NCBI GenBank assembly: GCA_045656285.1
Contig: JAZOQY010000041.1
Location: forward strand, 65,307 to 129,306
Source: Kiritimatiellia bacterium
GTDB taxonomy: Bacteria; Verrucomicrobiota; Kiritimatiellia; RFP12; UBA1067
Reading direction: 5' to 3'
Length of the DNA: 64,000 bases
Part shown: in pieces, positions 27,753 through 37,310 of the stretch
How the letters are laid out: every line of letters begins with the position of its first letter
Position numbering within the stretch: the stretch's first letter is position 1
Notes under the pieces: generated by a model
Databases searched by the model: none
Told to the model about the DNA's origin: nothing
The model's input: only the letters and a program-made list of their open reading frames with translations
Made by a program: the position numbers and the translations under genes

Positions 27753-29114
27753 TTACTGTTTCTCGGCCTTGCGACGACGATGTATCAAGACTACGCTGAC
27801 AATAATCCAGATAATCAAGACCAACAATGAAATGATGAAAACCGGCAACCAGCCCGTGGTGAAAACAAGTGCAAAAGCAAACGCGACCCACATATTGGTC
27901 GCAGGCTCGTGAATGAGCTGTTTACCCGCGAAAGACGCAGCGGCAATCGTCTTATTGTGAGGATCTACCGTACGAAGCAATAGAAGCCCCGTCGCGGTTA
28001 CACCTGTAGCCTGACCGAATTCGGCGATACCACGCTCAAACCACGCCTCCTTAAAGAGACGCGGCGAGAAGAACAATACAGAAAACACCGTCCAAAACAA
28101 CCCCGCTACGCACATAATCAAAAGCGGCAGCCAATTCTGAGCCACAACCGAAATGTCTATCGTCGCAACGGCAGCAAGAGCTAGATAGTCAAGAGCCGCA
28201 CCGGAAATGCGATCCATTTGCGCGCGATCAATCAGGAGGTCGACCTTGATAAGTTTAGATACTGATTGAAGAATCACACCGCCGAGCATACAAAGCGGGA
28301 ATAGCGGGAAGCCCGCAAACAGGCGGGTTTTCACGTCTGGGAAAAATTTGATTTCCATGAACCGCAACCCTTCAAGAATACCATAACCTATCAGAACCGT
28401 GATACCGATAATCGCTATATGCCAGGCGAGAGAATCTACAGAATCGGCCAGAACCGTCTGCTTGCCGGCAGAAGGTCTTTCGGCTTGAACATGAATGCCA
28501 CGACGCTCATGAATGGTACGCTTATGAAACGGACGGACGGTTTTAATATAGCCGCGCGAATAAGCCCAGTTGACCAGAACCATTCCGATGACGATGCCGG
28601 AAATCATGCCGATCGTCGCAACTGTAATACCGAGCGCGACACCTTTCGGCCAATTATGAGCGGCAAACGCTTCGCTCATTCCGACAACCGTTCCATGACC
28701 GCCTTCAAAGCCCATTTCGAGAAGGTTGCCGAACGCGTCGGAAACACCGAACGTCGGTGCGAGCAGAAAACCCGCAAGGCCTATACCTACGACGAACTGT
28801 CCCCACACGACTATCTGCGCCAAGGTAAGTTGGGGAAGAACGGAAGAAGCGAGATTTTTAACCTTCGGAACTCCCCCTCCCAAAAAGAGCGTAGCAAAGA
28901 TGATATTGATAAGAAACCCTGGCATCCTGTTCATCTCGGAAACAACCGGCACAGGAATATGGCTGCGATAAGACGATATGATAATAAGCCCTAGAATACC
29001 ACCGACAATAGAACTCGGCAAATAAAGCCTCTGCAAAAGCGGAATCTGAACTCTAAGAATCTTACCCGCCACAAGAAGGACGGAAAGTGCTGCAAAAATT
29101 ATAACTGCTGTCAT
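27753..29114 (-). CDS. Sodium/glutamate symporter (GltS family)
   Basis: Resembles E. coli GltS at 'LYLPSSIVGGILGLII', 'FEGGHGTVVG' and 'EFGQATGVTATGLLLLRTVDP'. Start taken at ATG 29114; the track's TTG 29153 is the alternative. Confidence 0.65.
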   Translation of the reverse strand: MTAVIIFAALSVLLVAGKILRVQIPLLQRLYLPSSIVGGILGLIIISSYRSHIPVPVVSEMNRMPGFLINIIFATLFLGGGVPKVKNLASSVLPQLTLAQIVVWGQFVVGIGLAGFLLAPTFGVSDAFGNLLEMGFEGGHGTVVGMSEAFAAHNWPKGVALGITVATIGMISGIVIGMVLVNWAYSRGYIKTVRPFHKRTIHERRGIHVQAERPSAGKQTVLADSVDSLAWHIAIIGITVLIGYGILEGLRFMEIKFFPDVKTRLFAGFPLFPLCMLGGVILQSVSKLIKVDLLIDRAQMDRISGAALDYLALAAVATIDISVVAQNWLPLLIMCVAGLFWTVFSVLFFSPRLFKEAWFERGIAEFGQATGVTATGLLLLRTVDPHNKTIAAASFAGKQLIHEPATNMWVAFAFALVFTTGWLPVFIISLLVLIIWIIVSVVLIHRRRKAEKQ

Positions 29115-29121
29115 TCTGTAA

Positions 29122-29130
29122 AGTCTATCA
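29122..29130 (-). promoter_or_regulatory. Extended -10 variant TGATAGACT, 7 nt from the gltS ATG 29114 (leaderless candidate, weaker)
   Basis: Minus strand reads AAAATGATAGACTTTACAGAATG. Confidence 0.35.
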
Positions 29131-29226
29131 TTTTTCTTATCATTTCGCAACAAGACCTTGTGCCATCCAAAACTGAAAGCAGATCAGACTTTTCACGTCA
29201 TGAAAAAACGCAGAATCGCATCTAAA

Positions 29227-30054
29227 TCAAAATTCCCATGTCAGGCCGGAATAAAGGAAAAACGCATCAAGCTTCATGGTGGATCCGCGCGCGCGGCGCT
29301 CGCGGATCTGAGTGCGCGTACGGGAATCGATGGCATCATACCCGCAAACATCGACGAACCATCCCAACCCCCATTTCAGCGGCCCGTGAAACCTGACGCC
29401 GTATTCGACGGTTCCGAGCCCCGCCTCGATGGATCTGTCAGGCACATAATTGCCGTAGCGCTTGCGGTTCCAGCCGCTCGATCCCCCGTGCATCGCGATA
29501 TGAGGCATTACAGAAAGCTTTTTTTCAACCAGGCCGAAATTCCTTTTTACGCCTATGCGGACGTACGTGCCGAGAATGTCGACCACTCGAGTCTGGCCGA
29601 ACAGATCCACCCATGGCGTCTTGAGTTCGCCCATATAGGTCCATTCGTTGAAGGTATCGATCCGGGCGTTGTCGTATCCTGTTTCGCAGACAAGAATATA
29701 GCCCAGGCGATTGCGCAAACGCCACCCTTTTCTGAAATCCCAATCGTAACCGTAGAAAACATAGGGGTCTGATTCGTAGAAATTGGACCGTCTCCCCTTG
29801 TTCTCCGGCTTTTCGATATCGCTCAGCGCCCAATACCCGAGCAGCAGGTGACCGTACGACGACAAATGCTGGATTACATCGCCTTCAAGATACCAGACGG
29901 CCCGATCCGCACGAACGCCGCCGAGCGAAAAGAGATACGACGAAGTGGACAGCTCTGCGTAGTAGTCGCGAGACCAATTGCCGACCTTCTCCGCAAATGC
30001 GTCAAATGAAAAGACCAGCGCAAAAAGAACGATCGCCGCACTGAAACTCTTCAT
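29227..30054 (-). CDS. Outer-membrane beta-barrel protein (hypothetical), last gene of the lipid A string
   Basis: Start at ATG 30054 (ATGA overlap with the lpxL stop) gives signal peptide 'MKSFSAAIVLFALVFSFDAFA'. The C-terminus is '...GLTWEF'. Confidence 0.55.
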   Translation of the reverse strand: MKSFSAAIVLFALVFSFDAFAEKVGNWSRDYYAELSTSSYLFSLGGVRADRAVWYLEGDVIQHLSSYGHLLLGYWALSDIEKPENKGRRSNFYESDPYVFYGYDWDFRKGWRLRNRLGYILVCETGYDNARIDTFNEWTYMGELKTPWVDLFGQTRVVDILGTYVRIGVKRNFGLVEKKLSVMPHIAMHGGSSGWNRKRYGNYVPDRSIEAGLGTVEYGVRFHGPLKWGLGWFVDVCGYDAIDSRTRTQIRERRARGSTMKLDAFFLYSGLTWEF

Positions 30055-30962
30055 GACCTCTTGCGTACGGGCTCCAGAATCCAACGCTTGTTGTACCAGA
30101 ACCAATGTTCGGGATGTTGACGGATCTTCTCGTCGATAAGCGCCATCGCCTCCTTCGTAAGACGGGCGGCCTCGGCCTTTTTGTCCTCCGCCGCAGGATC
30201 GGGACGCAACGTTCCGAGATGATCGAACACATGCTTGCCCTTCTCGCGGCGCATGACGGCAACGACGATCGGCGAGCCGCACTTGACCGCGAACATCGCG
30301 CCTCCCCGCGACACATTCGCCTTTCCGCCGAGGAAGTCGACCTCGACATCGGGCTCCTTGACGCGCAGGTCCGGGAGGATCGCGAACGCGCGACCTTCTC
30401 CAAGCTTCTTCCTTATCTCGACAAGAGTTCTCGCGCTGCCGCGCTCGACAACTTCGATATCCCCGTACTGGCGCTTCATCCAGTCGTTGATCTTGGGATT
30501 ACGCTGCTTCGCGGCGATCGCAAACAGCGGAAGACCGTACTTCGCCATCGACCAAGCCGCCATATACCAGTTGCCGGAATGAGGCACCATGATCACGACG
30601 CCCTTCCCTTCATCGACATAGGATTGAAGCCGATCCTTGTAAAGTTGACCGTCGACGACATGGCGATCCATCCATTTGCGCGTAAGCCTCGGCGCTCGAA
30701 TCATCTCGACGCCCGACTGGAGAATGTTCGCAAAGCTGCGAAAGGCGATACGCTTAAGCTCCTTGTCTCTCTTTTCGGGAAAGACGCCTCTCAATCTCGC
30801 CATCGTGCGCTTGCTGCGGAGCTTGAAGACCCGGACGGCGGACCATGCGAAAAACGCGGCGATCCCCATGGCGACGCGATAGGGAATCAAATTCACAAAC
30901 CCGCAGAAGAACCTGAGAAGGTAATATTCGAAGTTTACGTTAAAAGCGCTTTTTTTAGCCAT
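30051..30962 (-). CDS. Lipid A biosynthesis (Kdo)2-lipid IVA acyltransferase, LpxL/HtrB family
   Basis: 303 aa with an N-terminal membrane anchor and an 'HSGNWY' acyltransferase motif. Confidence 0.75.
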   Translation of the reverse strand: MAKKSAFNVNFEYYLLRFFCGFVNLIPYRVAMGIAAFFAWSAVRVFKLRSKRTMARLRGVFPEKRDKELKRIAFRSFANILQSGVEMIRAPRLTRKWMDRHVVDGQLYKDRLQSYVDEGKGVVIMVPHSGNWYMAAWSMAKYGLPLFAIAAKQRNPKINDWMKRQYGDIEVVERGSARTLVEIRKKLGEGRAFAILPDLRVKEPDVEVDFLGGKANVSRGGAMFAVKCGSPIVVAVMRREKGKHVFDHLGTLRPDPAAEDKKAEAARLTKEAMALIDEKIRQHPEHWFWYNKRWILEPVRKRS

Positions 30963-30963
30963 G

Positions 30964-31488
30964 TCACTTAAGCTCGCCCAACTTTTTGCACGCGTTCTCT
31001 ATAGCCCTGCAGACGGCGCGCGACGTTATCGTCGCGGACGTCATCGCCTCGATCTCGCCCCCGTCCTTCCTTACCTTAAGAGACTCCGCTGCGCGATCCT
31101 TGAACTGGGACGAAAAGCCCGGAGAATCAAGTTCCGCTCCAAAGCCCGGAGTTTCGTTGGCCTTGAGTTTCCTGTAGCCTACCACCGTTTTCCTGTCGGG
31201 CCTGAAACCGACCATGAGAACGATGTCGCCGCCGTACCCGCCGGAATCGGCGCCTTCAACGGCGTAGCCGAGAACATTCCCGGACGCATCCTTGCCGATG
31301 AAGCAGGAATCGGTTTCCTCGATCTGCTCAACGCCACTGGGCATCACGGCTTTGACGGCGCGCTCTTTTTTCTCTTTGTCGGCCATGGCGATAGGCTCTT
31401 CTGTCAATCTGTTCACATAAGCCAACACGCCGGCGCAAACCGCCGCGATGACCGTAAGGCTCAAAACTAGTCCAAGAATCTTTTTCAT
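30964..31488 (-). CDS. rnfG: RnfG/NqrC-type FMN-binding subunit
   Basis: N-terminal anchor, 'GGYGGDIVLMVGF', 'ETPGFG' and the flavinylation motif 'MTSATITS'. Confidence 0.75.
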   Translation of the reverse strand: MKKILGLVLSLTVIAAVCAGVLAYVNRLTEEPIAMADKEKKERAVKAVMPSGVEQIEETDSCFIGKDASGNVLGYAVEGADSGGYGGDIVLMVGFRPDRKTVVGYRKLKANETPGFGAELDSPGFSSQFKDRAAESLKVRKDGGEIEAMTSATITSRAVCRAIENACKKLGELK

Positions 31489-32478
31489 CTATTTGGCTCC
31501 GAAAGGCTTGGGCTGGGTCCAGCGGCTGATGAGAGGGGTGAACGCGTTCATTATGAGAATCGCAAAGCTGCAACCCTCGGGATAGCGCCCAAACTGGCGG
31601 ATAAGCATGCAGAGCATGCCGCAACCGATACCGAAAACGATCTTGCCCTTCGATGTTGCGGGCGTCGTGACATAGTCTGTCGCCATGAAGATGGCGCCGA
31701 GAAGAACTCCGCCCGTCAAAACCTGAACATGGGCGGGCGCACCGCCGGAGACTAGAGAGTAGACCCAAACCGTCGCGATGAACGAAACGGGGATATGCCA
31801 CGAGATCACCTTACGGCAAAGAAGATAGACGCCGCCAAGAAGAAGCGCGATCGCCGAGACTTCGCCGATGCAGCCGGGCATGTTGCCCGCAAGAAGATCC
31901 CAAAGCGCGGGAATCCCGTCGCTGCCGGCGTGAGGCGTCGCCGACGTCGTCGCGGCGGCAGCGAACATCGGCTTCATCGAGGCGAGCGGCGTCGCCGTCG
32001 TAACGGCGTCAGGAGTCCGCCACCAATAAGGCTTGAGCCATGTCGTCATTGCGGGCCCGAAGGACATCAGAAGAAACGCTCGCGCGGCAAGAGCGGGATT
32101 GAACGGATTTTTGCCGAGGCCGCCGAAAACCTGCTTGCAGACGGCGATCGCAAAAACAGAACCTGCCGCCGCCATCCAGAGCGGCAGCCCCGCAGGCAGG
32201 TTGAGAGCCAGAAGAAGTCCGGTCAGGACGGCTGAGAAATCTCCGATCGTGCCTTCGCGCTTCATTGCGAGACGACACGTCGCCTCGGTCGCGAGGCAGG
32301 TGGAGACGCACACAGCAATCGTCCATACGGCGGGCATTCCGAAAAACCAGATGCCGGCGGCGGTCGTCGGCAAGAGCGCGATTATGACATCGAGCATAAT
32401 GCGCGAGACGCTCGCGTGAGAATGGGCGTGAGGACTCGAACTTAAAATGAAATGTTGCGCAGAATCTTTTGGCTTCAT
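31489..32478 (-). CDS. rnfD: RnfD/NqrB-type integral membrane subunit
   Basis: 'SSPHAHS...VSRIMLDVIIALLP', 'NPFNPALAARAFLL' and the flavinylation motif 'AVTTATPL'. Confidence 0.8.
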   Translation of the reverse strand: MKPKDSAQHFILSSSPHAHSHASVSRIMLDVIIALLPTTAAGIWFFGMPAVWTIAVCVSTCLATEATCRLAMKREGTIGDFSAVLTGLLLALNLPAGLPLWMAAAGSVFAIAVCKQVFGGLGKNPFNPALAARAFLLMSFGPAMTTWLKPYWWRTPDAVTTATPLASMKPMFAAAATTSATPHAGSDGIPALWDLLAGNMPGCIGEVSAIALLLGGVYLLCRKVISWHIPVSFIATVWVYSLVSGGAPAHVQVLTGGVLLGAIFMATDYVTTPATSKGKIVFGIGCGMLCMLIRQFGRYPEGCSFAILIMNAFTPLISRWTQPKPFGAK

Positions 32479-32516
32479 GTATATATTATAGCAAATATGA
32501 ATTTATGCGTGATGAT

Positions 32517-33590
32517 TTAATTGCTGCCGAGAACTGCAGAAACAATGCGCGGAAAAGCCGACGAGCCGGAATCAAGAAGCCTGACCGCCGCATCAAGCCG
32601 TCCGGCCGCCTCACGATGCGCTTCATCGGATTCAAGATACGGTTTCAGAAGCCGCGCGGCATTTTGGGCGGTGAAATCCTCCTGCAGCAGCTCCGGCATC
32701 GGCGAGACGCCTTCACCGCCGCACTTCTCCCAGATGATGTTCGCCAACCCCACGTGCTTTATGCCCTTGATGAGGCGGCGGGCGATCCAGGCGAAGACAG
32801 GGCTTACCTTGTAGACGAGAACCGTCGGACATCTCGCGAGCGCAGCCTCCAGCGTCGCCGTGCCGGACGCCACAAGCGCAGCGCGCGACGCCAGCAGAAG
32901 CTCCCTGGCCCCGCCGAGACGGACCTCTACCGGCGAATTCAGCGCGGAAGACGCCAAAATCGAATCGATCTTCTCTTTCGCCCTTTCATTCGCCGCAGGA
33001 ACAACAGCCTTGTCTACGCTCAGCCTCGAAAGAGTTTCGAGCATCACCGGCAGATTGCGCTCTATCTCTCCGATTCGGCTCCCGGGCAAAAGCGCGAGAA
33101 CGCGTCCGCCTAAAGTCGCATCGGCACGGCTCCATTCGAACTCCTCGACGAGAGGATGCCCCACAAACTCCGCGAACCCCGGCTTGAAGAGCGCCGGCTC
33201 GAACGGAAAGAAGCAGCACAGCCTGTCAAGCGACGCCTCAATCTTCGGGATGCGTCCGGCCTTCCAGGCCCATACTTGAGGGCAGACGATGTGAACGGCT
33301 CTGATGCCCTTCTTTTTCGCGTAGGCCGCGAGCTTGAGGTTCATCCCCGGATAATCCACGGTGCACACGACATCAGGCCTCCATTCGTCGATCGCGCGCT
33401 CCATCGTCCTTTTTACGCCAAGAAAATACCCTATGCGAGACACTACCGCCATGAAACCCATGACGGCGAGATCGGCAGTCTTGAAGCCGTAGTCGCCATA
33501 CCCGCGTATTTCGTGGCCGGCCAAAAGTTCCTTGAGGCGGTTGGCGTAAATAAGGCCCGACTCTTCGCCCGCTAAAAGGAGTATTTTCAT
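32517..33590 (-). CDS. lpxB: Lipid-A-disaccharide synthase
   Basis: 'MKILLLAGEESGLIYANRL' and 'DYPGMNLKLA', 357 aa. Confidence 0.85.
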   Translation of the reverse strand: MKILLLAGEESGLIYANRLKELLAGHEIRGYGDYGFKTADLAVMGFMAVVSRIGYFLGVKRTMERAIDEWRPDVVCTVDYPGMNLKLAAYAKKKGIRAVHIVCPQVWAWKAGRIPKIEASLDRLCCFFPFEPALFKPGFAEFVGHPLVEEFEWSRADATLGGRVLALLPGSRIGEIERNLPVMLETLSRLSVDKAVVPAANERAKEKIDSILASSALNSPVEVRLGGARELLLASRAALVASGTATLEAALARCPTVLVYKVSPVFAWIARRLIKGIKHVGLANIIWEKCGGEGVSPMPELLQEDFTAQNAARLLKPYLESDEAHREAAGRLDAAVRLLDSGSSAFPRIVSAVLGSN

Positions 33591-33603
33591 ATTGAACGCC
33601 CTC

Positions 33604-34437
33604 TCAAGGTCTCAACGGAGCGGGAGGCAATCCGGACTCGACGCCTTCTATCGCGATGCCGTGCCTGTCGGCGAATGCGATCACCTCGTCCCTGTCGAGA
33701 AGAACGAGCCGTCGCGCCTGGAACGCGAGCGCCGTCGCGCCGGCCTTCTTCATTCTCTTCAAGGTCTTAAGACCGACGACAGGAATGTCAAAGCGCATAT
33801 CGTGGCCTTCGCGGGCCGCCTTGAACACGACGCTCCCTTTGCCGGCCAGTTTTCCGCCGCGCTTGATGGCGGCATTCGTCCCCTCGAACGCCTCGACCGC
33901 GAGCACCATTCCGGAACGCACCATTACGGTCTGTCCGATGTCATGCCGCCCGACGTCGCGGGCGACGGCGATCGCATGCCTTACATCGCTTTTTTCGCCG
34001 TCGCTCAAAGCGCGTTTCGTAAGCAGACCCTCGCCGGGGACGCAATCGTCCATATAAAGGCTCGCCGGCAGAACGGGGACGTTGACCGCCTCGATCTTTT
34101 CGATCAGCTTTCCGAAAATCGAATGGGCGTTTTTGACGGAAAGCTCCGCGAGCCATTTTTTGACCTCGTCGTCGAACTTGCCGCGAAAGAGCGAAAGAGG
34201 ATTTATCTGGCCCGCGAGAATCGCCCCCTCGTAGCCCTGCTCGCCCATCCAGCGGATCCCCTCGGCGATACCGCCCAACGAAATCCAATGGACGCCGGTG
34301 GCAGCCTTCCAGGTGGCGCGCTCCGTGGACCCTTTGACGGCAAGCACATCGACACGTTCGACACCCGCTTTTCTGGCGCCTTCCACTACAAGCCGCGGAT
34401 AACTGCCGCTGCCGGCGATGACGATCAAACTATTCAT
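33604..34437 (-). CDS. lpxI: UDP-2,3-diacylglucosamine pyrophosphatase LpxI (DUF1009 family)
   Basis: 'IAGSGSYPRLV', 'DIGQTVMV' and 'EAFEGTNAAIKRGG'. It lies directly upstream of lpxB. Confidence 0.7.
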   Translation of the reverse strand: MNSLIVIAGSGSYPRLVVEGARKAGVERVDVLAVKGSTERATWKAATGVHWISLGGIAEGIRWMGEQGYEGAILAGQINPLSLFRGKFDDEVKKWLAELSVKNAHSIFGKLIEKIEAVNVPVLPASLYMDDCVPGEGLLTKRALSDGEKSDVRHAIAVARDVGRHDIGQTVMVRSGMVLAVEAFEGTNAAIKRGGKLAGKGSVVFKAAREGHDMRFDIPVVGLKTLKRMKKAGATALAFQARRLVLLDRDEVIAFADRHGIAIEGVESGLPPAPLRP

Positions 34438-34495
34438 GGATCATGACTTTATCAAAACAATACATGCGCATCAGACATTCACGGCAGGCGCGACT

Positions 34496-35668
34496 CTACT
34501 GCAACGCCTTGGTGAGCTCCCACGTTTTCACGAGCATGCGAGGAATGTGGAACGGTCCTTTGAAGATATTGCCCTTAGCAGGCTGGGCCACCGTTCCGTC
34601 CCGGTGGAGATAGCCGTACCATTCCGGATGCTTCTTGTCCCTCAAGTGCTTCCACGCCCACTCGGACGAGAGCTTGTGCCACTCGAGATACTTCTTGTCG
34701 CCGGTAAGCCTGTAGGCGTACGCCGTAGCGATGATCGTCTCGCATTGAGGCCACCAGAACTTCATGTCCTGCTCATAACACTGCGGCGGCAGATTGCGGC
34801 AGTCCTTGAAGGAGATTATCCCGCCGTACTTCTTGTCCCAGCCCCAGGCCCACGACCAGTCGAGAATCTTGAGAGCCGTCTTGAGGAGTTCGGGATCTTC
34901 GCGATCGACGGCCACATCCATCAGGAACCAGCTCGTTTCGATGCAGTGGCCGGGATTGATCACGCGACCCGAGAGAGTATCGATAAATTCACCGTTGGGG
35001 CCGACCGTCTCCAGGAGAGCCTTGAACTCTGGATGGATGAAATACTTCTCGAGAAGGTTGATCGACTCCGTGATCTGCTCGTCGAAGACGGGATCGTCGG
35101 AGACCTGCTTCAATACGTTCGCCACATTGATGAGAATCATCGTGAGCGAATGGCCCTGGGCCTTGAGGGCGTCGGTATACTTCGACGGCATCCACTTCTT
35201 GCCGCCGGCGACGAATTTGCGGATCCGCTTGAAAAGCTCGACAGCCTTCTCCGCCCACGCCTTGTCGCCGCTCGCAAGCGCATACTCGGCGTATGCGATC
35301 GCCGCGAAGCACTCCGAAAAGACATAGCGGCGCTTCCTGAGGCCGACACCGTCCTCGGTAATCTCGAAAAACGCGCGGCCGTCCTTGTCGAAGCAGTATT
35401 TCTCGAGAAATTCACAGCAGCTCAACGATGCCGCAAGCCACTTCTTGTCTTTCTTCACATGGTTGTAGGCGTAAGCGCACATCCAGCCGAAGCGCCCCTG
35501 AAACCAGACGCTCTTTGTGGTATCCATCAAGGAGCCGTCGCGGTCGAGGCACGTATAAACGCCGCCATGCTTCCTGTCGAGGCCGTGCTTGAGCCAAAAC
35601 GGCATTATGTTTTCAAGAAGTTCCTTCTTGTATGTTTCGTTCCACTTCTGCCAATATACGTTTTTCAT
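34496..35668 (-). CDS. AGE-family (N-acylglucosamine 2-epimerase-like) epimerase/isomerase
   Basis: Start at ATG 35668 has a strong SD (AAAGGAGGATGAAATG). The alpha/alpha-toroid family look includes 'IMPFWLKHGLDRKHGGVYTCLDRDG'. Confidence 0.75.
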   Translation of the reverse strand: MKNVYWQKWNETYKKELLENIMPFWLKHGLDRKHGGVYTCLDRDGSLMDTTKSVWFQGRFGWMCAYAYNHVKKDKKWLAASLSCCEFLEKYCFDKDGRAFFEITEDGVGLRKRRYVFSECFAAIAYAEYALASGDKAWAEKAVELFKRIRKFVAGGKKWMPSKYTDALKAQGHSLTMILINVANVLKQVSDDPVFDEQITESINLLEKYFIHPEFKALLETVGPNGEFIDTLSGRVINPGHCIETSWFLMDVAVDREDPELLKTALKILDWSWAWGWDKKYGGIISFKDCRNLPPQCYEQDMKFWWPQCETIIATAYAYRLTGDKKYLEWHKLSSEWAWKHLRDKKHPEWYGYLHRDGTVAQPAKGNIFKGPFHIPRMLVKTWELTKALQ

Positions 35669-35759
35669 TTCATCCTCCTTTTTTCGGCGAGAACATCGCC
35701 GCTCGGCGCAACCCGATGCGTCCATCCACAACGCCGTCAGTTTCGCGATTCACCGGACC

Positions 35760-35768
35760 ATTATACCA
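35760..35768 (-). promoter_or_regulatory. Extended -10 TGGTATAAT upstream of the AGE gene (~85-nt leader)
   Basis: Minus strand reads GAATATGGTATAATGGTCC. It shares an identical 15-mer with the promoter at 19038..19052. Confidence 0.5.
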
Positions 35769-35874
35769 TATTCCCGCGCACCTTCGCTTGCAAACGGAAT
35801 CAACCGCAGTTTTTCGGCTCCGTGGCACGGCAGTCCGCAAGGGCCCGGAACCTGAACGCCGACGCATGCAGACG

Positions 35875-37293
35875 CTACCACTTTTGGCAGCAGACAACAA
35901 GCACGACAACCGCGGAAGCGACAACAATGTCTAAGAGGCACCAAAGGAAAACCTTCCGCAAAATGACACCTTCGCTTTTGGCGAGCGAAGCGGCCGCTGC
36001 GCCGATCGCTATCGACTGCGGAGAAATCATCTTTCCGATTCCGGCGCCCATGACGTTGGCGGCGGCGAAAACATGCGGATCCGCGCAAAGCTCGCGCGCC
36101 ACATCAGCCTGAAGCTTCCCGAAGAGAACGCAGGAGCTCGTCCCCGACCCTGTGACGAAACCGCCGAGCATGCCGACAAGCGAAGAAACGGCGGGATATG
36201 CCGAACCTGTGGCGGAGACCAGAAAGTCGGCTATGACCGATATCATCCCCGATTCGGCCATGATGCGCGCAAGCATCAAAACGCAGCAGATTGTCGCGAG
36301 CGCAGCACGGTAATCCGCGAGCGTCCTGAAAAAAAGCGCGGCAAGACGCTTGAGCGGAATCTTCTGGACAATGCCGCCGAGAAACGCGGCGGCAAGGACC
36401 AGCGCCCCCGGCGTGGTCCACTTCTTGATCTCCGCCGGCATCAGCGCGTTTGCGGAAAGGATCGCCACCACGAACCCGAACGGCGCCCACGCGTAAAGCT
36501 GACGCTTGAAGGCATCCGGCGAAACATGGCGGCGCGACGACAGGACGATGGCCAGCATGACACCGATGCCTCCTGCGATATCCGGCAGTTCGCACCCGAG
36601 GAAGCGCGCAGACAAGACCCAGGGAACGAGAAACGCCGCCTGGGACAGAAGGATCATGCGCCACATTCCGCTCAGCGCCTTTGCGCCGCCGTACACGAGA
36701 AGGATCAGGACGGGACCGAGCGCCGTGACGGCCAGCTGAAGAAGCACTGTCATCCGTGCAAGAGGAATCAAATCCACGCCAGACACCTCCGCAAGCGTGA
36801 CGAGCGGAACTCCCACAGACCCGAACGCGGTCGACGTGGTGTTCGCGACAAGGCACATCACAACGGATTTGACGGGATCAAAACCGAGCCCGACGAGAAG
36901 CGCGGCGGGAATCGCCACGGCCGTCCCGAACCCGGCCATGCCTTCCATGAAGTTGCCAAAGCCCCAGACGATCAGAAGGACAAGAACACGCCTGTCGTCC
37001 GAAACGGACGACAGGCCTGAACGTATAGCAAGCATCGCGCCGGATTCCAGCGTTACGGCATACGTAAAAAGAGCCGCCGCCACGACAAAGCAAATGGGAG
37101 AGAGGGCAAACAGAAAGCCTTCCGACATGACGCCGGGCATCCTGTGAAGAGGCAGCGCCTCCGAAAACATGAAGAAGGAAGCCGCAAGCGAAACCGCAAG
37201 CGCGGCAAGAGCAGCCTGCCATGCCTTAAGTCTGAGGAACACAAGCGCGATCAACAGGATCGCTATCGGCGCTATGGAGACAAGGACACTCAA
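35875..37293 (-). CDS. L-lactate permease (LctP) family transporter
   Basis: 'FMEGMAGFGTAVAIPAALLVGLGF' and 'GKMISPQSIAIGAAA' match E. coli LldP blocks. TTG start with SD GGAGGAG. Confidence 0.75.
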   Translation of the reverse strand: MSVLVSIAPIAILLIALVFLRLKAWQAALAALAVSLAASFFMFSEALPLHRMPGVMSEGFLFALSPICFVVAAALFTYAVTLESGAMLAIRSGLSSVSDDRRVLVLLIVWGFGNFMEGMAGFGTAVAIPAALLVGLGFDPVKSVVMCLVANTTSTAFGSVGVPLVTLAEVSGVDLIPLARMTVLLQLAVTALGPVLILLVYGGAKALSGMWRMILLSQAAFLVPWVLSARFLGCELPDIAGGIGVMLAIVLSSRRHVSPDAFKRQLYAWAPFGFVVAILSANALMPAEIKKWTTPGALVLAAAFLGGIVQKIPLKRLAALFFRTLADYRAALATICCVLMLARIMAESGMISVIADFLVSATGSAYPAVSSLVGMLGGFVTGSGTSSCVLFGKLQADVARELCADPHVFAAANVMGAGIGKMISPQSIAIGAAAASLAKSEGVILRKVFLWCLLDIVVASAVVVLVVCCQKW

Positions 37294-37310
37294 TCAGGCT
37301 CCTCCGGACA

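Noticed and set aside
29227-30282. 351-aa version of the OMP ORF overlapping the lpxL-family gene
   Set aside because: The N-terminal 76 residues are Arg/Gly-rich and overlap lpxL. ATG 30054 gives a canonical signal peptide and an ATGA coupling.
35669-35753. ~85-nt AGE leader with the hairpin CGGCGA-N5-TCGCCG just before the SD, considered as a riboswitch
   Set aside because: I recognise no known riboswitch consensus. The structure is a single short hairpin, and the region is also readable as an in-frame N-terminal extension.
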